A stretch of DNA of 22,151 nt from Paraphysomonas bandaiensis (Eukaryota; Protista; Chrysophyceae): assembly GCA_965644295.1 (NCBI GenBank), contig CBFFRP010000347.1, positions 1 through 22,151 of the forward strand, written 5' to 3'. Every line of letters begins with the position of its first letter. The first letter of the stretch is position 1. The notes under the pieces are model-generated. The model did not search any database. It was given only the letters and a program-made list of their open reading frames with translations, and was not told where the DNA came from. Below, one piece after another: positions 11,767 through 21,300 of the stretch. Made by a program: the position numbers and the translations under genes.

Positions 11767-11974
11767 TATTAGAGATAAAGATTGAACGATAAGGCCTAAT
11801 AGTATAATGGCAAGACACGTTTGAGCAGAGCGTTAGCACCACACACATGTGCGTATCTTGTACAGTCGCGTATCATGTATAGTTTGGTAATTATTCAGTC
11901 TATTTGGTATTTCATTGTATACGTGTGTTGTATTCACGCGTTAAGGAATATACGTGAATCAATGACTCCTAATA
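11767..11974 (-). repeat. Putative Copia 3' LTR (~208 bp; copy 2 at 17716-17923)
   Basis: Starts directly after the PPT with TATTAG. Far boundary chosen from the 6-bp inverted terminus TATTAG..CTAATA and is uncertain. Confidence 0.5.
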
Positions 11975-13113
11975 CTCCCCCTCAATGAAATAATCATATG
12001 ACGTATACATAGATATATGAATATAGGTACCAATTTAACCCGGACTGTTTGAGTCCGTATATGCTCTTTAGAAGTCTGAGGACCTTCCCGTTTGGAACAT
12101 TGAGACCAGCGGGTGGATACATGTAAATTTCCTCTTGGAGGTCTGCATTGATGTAAGCAGTGGAGAAATCTACCTGGTGAAGCTCCAACCCAAGTATAGT
12201 TGCTAGTGCTATGACTGTTCTCATTGATGTGGCCTTTGCGACTGGGCTGTAGGTTTCGTTGTGTAGTCTTTACCCTCGACCTGGGAGAAACCTTGGGCCA
12301 CTAACCTCGCCTTGAAACTAACCTCGCTTGACCTTTACCCTAAACTCGAATTTTCCCCGCTTATGATGTTGGAATTTGCTGGTGGTGTCGTTATCCTCCA
12401 GCTGCCTTTTTGCTCTCTAGAGACTTGATTTCTTTGTTGATGGCTCTCAGCCATTGTTCCTTGTACTTGCCTGATAGTGCCTCACCAACATTGTTAGGTG
12501 TGTTAGGTACACCATTGCTACATATGCCATTTGCATGCATAATGATGTCAACATCATTCATGTATAATGTTCTGTAACTATCGTGTTTATCAGGTGTTTT
12601 GTGGTTGTACAGATATCGTTTATCAACATCACAGTGGTATATATTGTCACCGAATATGTGTACATTCATGATTACCCTTTTTCTAGTCTGCCTCTTGCTG
12701 TGGAGACTTTTCTTTACGCAACGGCTCACCTTGTGACGGTGGGGTGTCCTTACACCCGTAATTGTGTCATCCGGGCTTTGCCAGCTCCTGTCACCCTGGG
12801 AATTCACAGTCTTGATAGCTCGTTTGACCTTACGAGCAGGGTGATCACACTTGTTGTCACCCCGTGCCTCCTTCGGCACTGTATTCCGCTGAGCTTCTGC
12901 TGTGCGGCGAGGCCTTGCCTCCTTTTCATTTGAGTAGGGTCCTCTCAAATGGCTGTGACTCCCGCCCCGTGTGGCGTCATGACGGCTATCGGTTGAACTG
13001 CTCCTCCCTGGAGCTGTTCCTTCCACGGGGCATCCTGGTTCCTCTTGCGGGGGTGATACCGCGTTCTGATAACTAAAGTGCTCGGCGGTGTATCTTTCAA
13101 TGTCCGCAGCTCG
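11767..13113 (-). mobile_element. Decayed Ty1/Copia LTR retrotransposon 3' part (IN-RT linker, partial RT, PPT, putative 3' LTR); copy 1
   Basis: Reconstructed across frameshifts: PNNVGEAL..W..AINKEIKSLESK-GSW, FKARLVAQGFSQVEGKDY-NETYSPV, LHQVDFSTAYINADLQEEIYMYPP, LLKSIYGLKQSGLNWY. Copia-type PPT TTGAGGGGGAG at 11985-11975. Both ends approximate. Confidence 0.85.
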
Positions 13114-15166
13114 ATGCCCGATCGGTTTGCTAGAGGTTGTTCTCCGCAAATTGATTACACGCATCACTACCCACCGACTTCTTCAAATATGGGAAGAAGA
13201 CGACGCTGTCCTCCACCCGGCGCAACATGGCTACAGGTGGAGACATGGCACAGACACACTGCAATCCTCAGAGTCCTAGCGGCTACAGAACTCGCCAAAC
13301 TCACCGGACACGCGAAAATATGCACTTTTTGGGACTTCCAAAAAGCTTTCTTCGACTCCATTGCACCTAACCTACTCAAACTCGCGTGGGCGAGGCTTGG
13401 GGTTCCAGAAGACACGATCAAATGGCTCAGCGAACTAGACTGCGAGGGGCGCACCTACATCTGGACACCACACATGGCTGACCACATCGATCCCAAAACC
13501 CTAGAGGAATTAAGTCAATCCGACGGTTCCTTCCGGTACCCCGACATGGGCTTCTCCGCCGACAGAGGTGTTACACAGGGTGGAACAGAGTCCACAGTTG
13601 CATGGATCGTCATCTTCGACATGATCCTCTGCTGGTCTGACCTTAATGACGACAGTCAGGACAAAGCGTACGCGGACGACCTCTCCCAAATAACAAACTC
13701 CATTGCCACCGCGCAGATGAAGGCGGATAGACTCTCCTCCTTCTGTGCATTCACGGGAATGCAGCTAGCCATCATAGGCAAAACGGAATGCATTGCAATA
13801 GGTTCTCCCTTTGAAGTTGAGGCCATGCTGGAAACAGAGCCCACCATAACCATTAGAGACTGGAACTGGATCCCGCACACCATCCCAATTAGAGCCACCA
13901 CAGTCCCCACCAAATACCTCGGTGTCCTACTCCCGTTCTCCTCGAAAGACACTGACTCGCATGCCTGGTGTGTCGACTACGTCACCACTTCCGCAACACA
14001 TCTTCGTTACAAATGCGCATCCCCAGACTGTAAACTTTTAGTGCTTAACACACAAATACTCCCGACACTACTCTACAAAGCCATCAAAGCCTCCTGGACG
14101 TACGACAGATACCTTGACATAGACAAACTACTTGCACGAGCAGCCAGGAAAGTCCTCCGTCTACCCCCAGGATACCCCACAGCCCTCATCTATCTGCCTA
14201 CGAAATACAAAGGACTTGGCTTGCGTAAGAAGTTCTCCACCTGTGCCCAGACCCAAAAGTGGCACACACTGCAAAGGGCCATCACCCTTGGAGGGGAACC
14301 CAAGCGAGCCGCCATATCCATCTTACAATGTCACGATCACAATCACCCAGACATCGACCTGTACATCACTAGCCTGGTCCAATGGGGACAACAGCTCGAA
14401 ATCCGACTGAAGCCCCCATCTCCGGCCACGCCCCAATTCCGAGAAACCACCGACAGGGTCCAATCCCAACTCCAACTGCACGACAATCACCCACACGATT
14501 TTCAAGCCATCTTCACCGACGGTTCTTTCACTCGCACTAACCTCTCTCCTGCTCATCTACTAGGTGACTCTCACACGCAGCCCGCAACGCACAACAACTG
14601 GGGGGCAGCAATCGTCTGGCTTCCGCCCAAAACCAACTGGAGCACACTGTGGACTAACCAAAATCCTTCGACTTACAGCCCCCGAGCAAACCCTACCCGG
14701 GCTAACCCCATACACCTACGAGACCCTGTCAGCAGCCCTAACGTTCTCTAAACTCGTATCCCCCACCGTATTTATGTGCACCGACTGCCAAGCAGTACAA
14801 ACACGAACCACAGAAGCTCTCTCTCGTCGGCGGCGAGCCCTCGGCACAAAGTCCCAGGGCATCTTCTATGAATGCCTTGCCACAGAAAATCATCGACAGC
14901 GGCCAATCCGATGGTGGGTCCGCTCCCATCCAGAACGACGAACACAAGATCGGAACAAACGGACCTACAATGACTATGGCATTTACATAGCTGACGCTGC
15001 CGCCAGTGGGGAGTGGTCGGCGATCGACAAAACACTAGGCGGCACAAACTACAGCGTTGTCACAACTGAGGTCACACATCTCAGCGACGAACGGCCAATG
15101 GCAATGGAGAAGATACACGACAAATTCCTCCACACCGACTGCGGACCCATGCTAGGGGACGTCATC
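13114..15166 (+). mobile_element. 5'-truncated, frameshifted non-LTR retrotransposon (LINE) fragment: RT + RNase H
   Basis: RT motifs (C/R)PIGLLE.LRK, PAQHGYR..GT, DFQKAF(F)DS, RGVTQGG, YADD, KYLG, GLGL. RNase H motifs FTDGS, GAAIV, YETLSA, TDCQAV, WVRSH, GIYIADAAA. Frameshifts near 13256 and 14650; cut at 15166 by the duplication junction. Confidence 0.9.
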
Positions 15167-15527
15167 ATAATACGTATCGTCGAGAGCTTTGACCAAAGCG
15201 AATTTCAGAATTACATGCTACAAGGACGGGCTTGCTGTGTTCAATCTTCCTCCCATCAACACTGGTGCCGTGAGAGGAGCCCAAGTCCATAAGATAAACG
15301 CTCCCTTGTTCTCCAAAAAATAACACAGCATGCTTGCGGGATATACTCTGATGATCCAATACAACATCACACTGGTCTTTCTTCCTCCCAAACACTATGC
15401 ATTCTTTGTTGCTTAAACTAATGTCTCCGATGTTCGCGTTATTCTTATGCACTGTCAGAACTTTATTGCAATAACAGCTCGAGGGCTGCCTCCAGTCAGG
15501 CAGCTTATCCAGTATTGACGCATCCAT
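15165..15527 (-). CDS. Truncated duplicate of FHA-WDR70 exon 1: stand-alone FHA ORF, 120 aa
   Basis: ATG at 15527 to ...FGQSSRRYVL, then TGA formed across the junction (15167-15165). Expression unknown. Confidence 0.6.
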   Translation of the reverse strand: MDASILDKLPDWRQPSSCYCNKVLTVHKNNANIGDISLSNKECIVFGRKKDQCDVVLDHQSISRKHAVLFFGEQGSVYLMDLGSSHGTSVDGRKIEHSKPVLVACNSEIRFGQSSRRYVL

Positions 15528-15938
15528 TATATATAAGTCGGGTATTCTTTCTGGTGCTGCTCTTACTCTTTGCGAAACATAACCAGCCACAGGACTGACA
15601 TCATCTCATGACAGCAACTACGAAATAAAATAGAAGTGAAGTATGAAGTATACCATACCACCATACCCATGATGGGCATACACAAGCTCAGGCACGACAA
15701 TACAGAAGAAATACAATACACAGCACACAGCACAGCAGTATAGTACGTACAGCAGTGGTGTATGTGTGATATTACGAGATACACTGTATACCAGTATACC
15801 GTATACCTTATATATATTGGGCACTGAACCTCATTCAATGCTGCAAGTAGAACGACTGTGCTTTTCACCACTGCTGTTGATGTTCGTGTCTTCATGCATT
15901 CCACTTAATTTCCTCTAAACGTAAACGTACGAAGGCAT

Positions 15939-17033
15939 ATGATTCTTAAAAGGATATATAGAAAAATCACTTTCTTCTTTGTATTTTCTTTCTCTGTGGG
16001 ACTCTATGCAGCAGATCCGCATGCAGTTCCGATAATAGACATCCACTCCCTGCTGCAAAGCGACTCTAAACCCTCGGACTGGCAGGCCACAATGCACAGC
16101 ATTGATGTTGCACTGAGATCTTATGGCTTTTTTCTTGTGACTGGTCATGATTTTTCAAAGAGTAGCATTGACGAGGCGATGCAGGCAGCATATACTCTAT
16201 TTGATATCGATATCGAAAAGAAAATGTCTGTTGAGGCCACAGGGGGAGGCTTCATGAGGGGATATATAGGGTTAGGGAAAGAAAGTGGACTTGAAAGTTA
16301 CTACGAGCCGAAAGAAGGATACAGCTATGGATATTCATGGCCGAATAGGTCTCAATGCAGCTTCGGAAACATGTTACAAGGCCACAACAAATGGCCAGAA
16401 GGTTACAGTTCCCAGAATGAGCAACTACTACAAGATGTGTTCACCTATAGTAATAAAATTGCTGAATACATTGTATCTGGTATTTCCCAATACTTTGAGC
16501 GTGAATTTGGTCAGTCAATGAGCCTCGTATTAGATGATGGAGATACAATCTCTATAATGCGACTTTTTCACTACTTTTCTACCGATACAGCTTTTCAAGG
16601 GAACTTGGTTAATGGAAAAAGAGTTATAGGAAGCTCTCCGCACACGGACTGGGGTCTACTTACGGTAATTCTTCAGGAGGAAGATGTGGGTGGTCTTCAA
16701 GTACTTCATGAGGGGACGTGGATTGACATACCCTCAGTATCGGGATCTCTTGTAGTTAATGGTGGAGATTTTCTTCAAATTGCATCCCAGGGGCGGTACA
16801 AGAGCCCAATCCATCGCGTATTGAGCCCTGTAAACAAGGAGCGTATGTCGTTCGTGTATTTCTACTACCCCAACTACTACACTCCTTTCAATACACAGCA
16901 ACTCTGCAGAGAGGGGAATTCGGAAGAGTACAACACACTGACCGTCAGTAACTGTCGTGAAGGAGACGAAAAGAGAGTTTTTGGAGACTATATCCTGCAT
17001 AAATGGAAAGGAGTATTTCGTGATCAGGTGTAG
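15939..17033 (+). CDS. 2OG-Fe(II) dioxygenase, copy 2 (identical protein)
   Basis: Translation identical to 9990-11084; upstream and downstream flanks are also duplicated. Confidence 0.92.
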   Translation: MILKRIYRKITFFFVFSFSVGLYAADPHAVPIIDIHSLLQSDSKPSDWQATMHSIDVALRSYGFFLVTGHDFSKSSIDEAMQAAYTLFDIDIEKKMSVEATGGGFMRGYIGLGKESGLESYYEPKEGYSYGYSWPNRSQCSFGNMLQGHNKWPEGYSSQNEQLLQDVFTYSNKIAEYIVSGISQYFEREFGQSMSLVLDDGDTISIMRLFHYFSTDTAFQGNLVNGKRVIGSSPHTDWGLLTVILQEEDVGGLQVLHEGTWIDIPSVSGSLVVNGGDFLQIASQGRYKSPIHRVLSPVNKERMSFVYFYYPNYYTPFNTQQLCREGNSEEYNTLTVSNCREGDEKRVFGDYILHKWKGVFRDQV

Positions 17034-17715
17034 CTAAATGTATGTATACCGTATTAAGCGGAATTTGAACATATCCCTTGAACAATTAGAAATTCGAAAG
17101 TTATTTATATCCTTAATTATAATTTATGATCGCGTTTAGAGAATAATGGAACCTCCTTGGAGCAATACAATACTAGGAAGTATATATTTTCGTAAATACT
17201 TTCCCTAATGTCTACTATTGAGCTATGCAGTATGATATATATTATACTCTTTAGCTATTGAAGATTGAAGTGAGTAAATAGCGTGCAATAGGTGAAACCA
17301 ACCCATTGTAGTAAAGGGTGAATGCTGTTACAAAGTAAAAACTTCAGTTGCCGATGCATATATATATAACATTGTCTTCACTCATACTGTCTTCACATGA
17401 ACAGGACTCCTCCTCCCTGGAGCTGCAGAATTAACTCTGGCATCCTACTATTTTGCGTGTGCGTCACCACAAGTACCAAGATGAAACCACTTTCGCTCTC
17501 TGTTCTTAAGGTGAACTGGCCCGGATGCTTGACTTCAGTAGGCAACCCAATACCTCGGATGCCCTTAAGGTGGGCCCATTCCGGATGTCTGTTTATTCGT
17601 CAAAACTCATAGACGTCTATACAAGTGACACTTATTAGTGCCCCTCTTGTACCAAACAAGCATCTAAATAAGATTTAAGGTTAGTTTTGATATTTAGTAA
17701 GGATATACTTGATAT

Positions 17716-19062
17716 TATTAGAGATAAAGATTGAACGATAAGGCCTAATAGTATAATGGCAAGACACGTTTGAGCAGAGCGTTAGCACCACACACATGTG
17801 CGTATCTTGTACAGTCGCGTATCATGTATAGTTTGGTAATTATTCAGTCTATTTGGTATTTCATTGTATACGTGTGTTGTATTCACGCGTTAAGGAATAT
17901 ACGTGAATCAATGACTCCTAATACTCCCCCTCAATGAAATAATCATATGACGTATACATAGATATATGAATATAGGTACCAATTTAACCCGGACTGTTTG
18001 AGTCCGTATATGCTCTTTAGAAGTCTGAGGACCTTCCCGTTTGGAACATTGAGACCAGCGGGTGGATACATGTAAATTTCCTCTTGGAGGTCTGCATTGA
18101 TGTAAGCAGTGGAGAAATCTACCTGGTGAAGCTCCAACCCAAGTATAGTTGCTAGTGCTATGACTGTTCTCATTGATGTGGCCTTTGCGACTGGGCTGTA
18201 GGTTTCGTTGTGTAGTCTTTACCCTCGACCTGGGAGAAACCTTGGGCCACTAACCTCGCCTTGAAACTAACCTCGCTTGACCTTTACCCTAAACTCGAAT
18301 TTTCCCCGCTTATGATGTTGGAATTTGCTGGTGGTGTCGTTATCCTCCAGCTGCCTTTTTGCTCTCTAGAGACTTGATTTCTTTGTTGATGGCTCTCAGC
18401 CATTGTTCCTTGTACTTGCCTGATAGTGCCTCACCAACATTGTTAGGTGTGTTAGGTACACCATTGCTACATATGCCATTTGCATGCATAATGATGTCAA
18501 CATCATTCATGTATAATGTTCTGTAACTATCGTGTTTATCAGGTGTTTTGTGGTTGTACAGATATCGTTTATCAACATCACAGTGGTATATATTGTCACC
18601 GAATATGTGTACATTCATGATTACCCTTTTTCTAGTCTGCCTCTTGCTGTGGAGACTTTTCTTTACGCAACGGCTCACCTTGTGACGGTGGGGTGTCCTT
18701 ACACCCGTAATTGTGTCATCCGGGCTTTGCCAGCTCCTGTCACCCTGGGAATTCACAGTCTTGATAGCTCGTTTGACCTTACGAGCAGGGTGATCACACT
18801 TGTTGTCACCCCGTGCCTCCTTCGGCACTGTATTCCGCTGAGCTTCTGCTGTGCGGCGAGGCCTTGCCTCCTTTTCATTTGAGTAGGGTCCTCTCAAATG
18901 GCTGTGACTCCCGCCCCGTGTGGCGTCATGACGGCTATCGGTTGAACTGCTCCTCCCTGGAGCTGTTCCTTCCACGGGGCATCCTGGTTCCTCTTGCGGG
19001 GGTGATACCGCGTTCTGATAACTAAAGTGCTCGGCGGTGTATCTTTCAATGTCCGCAGCTCG
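17716..19062 (-). mobile_element. Decayed Copia fragment, copy 2
   Basis: Duplicate of 11767-13113. Confidence 0.85.
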
Positions 19063-19482
19063 ATGCCCGATCGGTTTGCTAGAGGTTGTTCTCCGCAAAT
19101 TGATTACACGCATCACTACCCACCGACTTCTTCAAATATGGGAAGAAGACGACGCTGTCCTCCACCCGGCGCAACATGGCTACAGGTGGAGACATGGCAC
19201 AGACACACTGCAATCCTCAGAGTCCTAGCGGCTACAGAACTCGCCAAACTCACCGGACACGCGAAAATATGCACTTTTTGGGACTTCCAAAAAGCTTTCT
19301 TCGACTCCATTGCACCTAACCTACTCAAACTCGCGTGGGCGAGGCTTGGGGTTCCAGAAGACACGATCAAATGGCTCAGCGAACTAGACTGCGAGGGGCG
19401 CACCTACATCTGGACACCACACATGGCTGACCACATCGATCCCAAAACCCTAGAGGAATTAAGTCAATCCGACGGTTCCTTC
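19063..19482 (+). mobile_element. LINE RT fragment, copy 2, interrupted by the Gypsy LTR
   Basis: Matches 13114-13533, then switches to TGTAAT (LTR end). Confidence 0.85.
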
Positions 19483-19869
19483 TGTAATCTTTCTGATGAG
19501 AAAGACCGTGTTTACAACGTTTTATATGAATTTAAAGTGCTTCCCAAACCGAGAATACACTGTCCAGAACACCAAACCGGTGAAACTGCCTCCTAACACA
19601 AGCAAACCGCGAGTATAGAATGAATTAAATTACGTTAAAACGTGTAAAGAAAAAGTGAAATCATACAACACTCTATCTTGCTGTGAATCATCTACAGTTT
19701 ACAGTATCATACTTGTACATATACGGGACTTATATCCCTTCAAGAATACAGTAACCGCAATGTATACTAAATAAACTGAAAATGAAAGTACAACAGCATG
19801 CTACCTAGAGTACCGCAGTATAACACCGTATAACTCCACGTATAACAGTAACTACAGGTATGCGTGACA
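19483..19869 (-). repeat. Gypsy 3' LTR, 387 bp (minus strand TGTCACG...ATTACA)
   Basis: Follows PPT GGAGGGAGAAGGGGTAG (19886-19870); TG...CA termini; its end coincides with the loss of homology to copy 1; TATAA near 19730 on the minus strand. Confidence 0.85.
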
Positions 19870-21300
19870 CTACCCCTTCTCCCTCCAGCTAGAGAAAAGA
19901 AATAGGAATACATATCTGGGATAGATAGAAGTAACACTTGTATCAGCCAATATAGCGTCATTCCAAGCATTAGCAAATAAATATCCAATTCATGAAATAA
20001 AAGTAATAAACATACGTAGAGCAATATTATATAATAATAAGTATGAATAATAGTATGAATGTTATAATATATATATGTGATATAATCATGAAATAAATAT
20101 TAAATAAATAAAAGTAATCAACAATTAGAGAAGAATAGTAGGATATTGTTGGCAGAATGCAGCATCCACCAATACCTTAGTAGAAGGATCAAATTCCGTG
20201 ACTCGACCATAGCAGTGAACGTCATAGGCACTCCATTCATATGTAGATTGAAACAAAGGGCAATAGAGGTCTATACGTAACTGGCGACGGCCAACCCACC
20301 GCACATAAGAACATTCGACAACATACATCGTTGTATAACAATTCGGCAGATTAAGTTCATCATAGAAATCTGAACCCCATGCACGCAAATCTACATAAAT
20401 TGTTTGACCAGGTGACACCCCTTCGATAGGTATACGTTTCAAACGTGCACGTTCAGATTTTGCCATAGCAGCAGAAAACAACAGAGGGAACAATTGAGGT
20501 TTCTGCTCACAGAACGACTGAAATTGCGAGGTGGAAGCAATATCCTGTGACCATGGAAGCCATAATAACGAACCATCCTCAAACTGAACTTGGAATTCCA
20601 TTCGAGAACGAACCTCCGGATCTCCTCGGTATGCAATCACAGCAACCACAGTATACTGGTTAAAATCAATTTGCGCAACACGATATGCCTGCTCAGGCGT
20701 ACCAAAGAACGGTTTGAGCCATGACATGTGCTACACAACTTCAAAACGCATCACAACATGCATGCATGTGACATCAGCCTTATACGTGGATACCACTTCG
20801 TAAGGACCTTTGAAACGAGGGTATAATTTATTGGGCTTGTGCTGAGTTGGATCCAGCCGCAACAAAACTAAATCACCAGGCTGATATTCGTTCAAAGTAT
20901 GTGCAGGCGTGGCAGACTTGCGCTTGTCTTGGATCTTGCGCTGAACATCCATGGCAACCGCTCGAATCTTCTGTAAGTTCTCATTCAAAATAGACACATA
21001 ACCCGCAGCAGAAGATTCATCCATAGTCAGTTCACCCAAACGAAAATATGGAATATCAACGGTACCAAACACATATTGAAAAGGAGAGAGTCCAGTCTCA
21101 CTACTGACTTCATCATTCAAAATGAACTGAATCAACATGTAACACTCAATGTCCCCCCATGAATCTTGCAACCTCTCATCGTGGACTAAACCCTGTAGAA
21201 ATCACAACAGCTCTCGATGAGATCGCTCGACCATATTAGACTCATGACGATTAGTTAATGACACTCGAAATCGAACTTCAAACCACTTCAATAGAAACTC
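19483..21300 (-). mobile_element. Ty3/Gypsy retrotransposon 3' part: integrase C-half, GPY/F, chromodomain-like domain, PPT, LTR; two in-frame stops
   Basis: One frame from 21300 to 20125: RHESNMVERSHRELL*FLQ, TGLSPFQYVFG, YQPGDLVL, KLYPRFKGPYEV, V*HMSWLKPF, QYTVVAVIAYRG..EFQVQFEDG..WLPW. Pol similarity is not recognisable beyond ~21300. Confidence 0.88.

Larger units (their letters stand above)
9218..13533. repeat. Duplication 2, matching segment in copy 1 (4316 bp; period 5949)
   Basis: ataatacgtatcg at 9218 = 15167 (preceding bases differ, g/c); gacggttccttc ends at 13533 = 19482 (next bases differ, c/t). Confidence 0.96.
15167..19482. repeat. Duplication 2, copy 2
   Basis: Internal ORF translations identical to copy 1 at +5949; no differences seen in spot checks. 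Confidence 0.96.

Noticed and set aside
13078-14751. 557-aa RT ORF as an intact or prokaryotic RT system (retron, DGR, group II intron)
   Set aside because: Both ends are out-of-frame read-through; motifs, RNase H and eukaryotic context indicate a decayed LINE.
14564-15292. 242-aa ORF as an RNase H fusion gene
   Set aside because: Frameshifted LINE RNase H reading across the junction into antisense FHA sequence; no credible start.
9218-19482. A-B-A layout as a giant LTR element
   Set aside because: The repeat starts inside a host exon, the LINE ORF runs continuously from A into B, and the right end is explained by the Gypsy LTR.
19027-19596. 189-aa ORF as a novel protein
   Set aside because: Chance chimera of antisense Copia, LINE RT and antisense Gypsy LTR, starting at GTG.
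20728-20730. TAG between the two Gypsy ORFs as programmed readthrough or an alternative genetic code
   Set aside because: It falls inside the conserved V.HV..LKP motif, a second stop (TGA, likely from CGA) lies upstream, and host genes here use TAA, TAG and TGA as normal stops.
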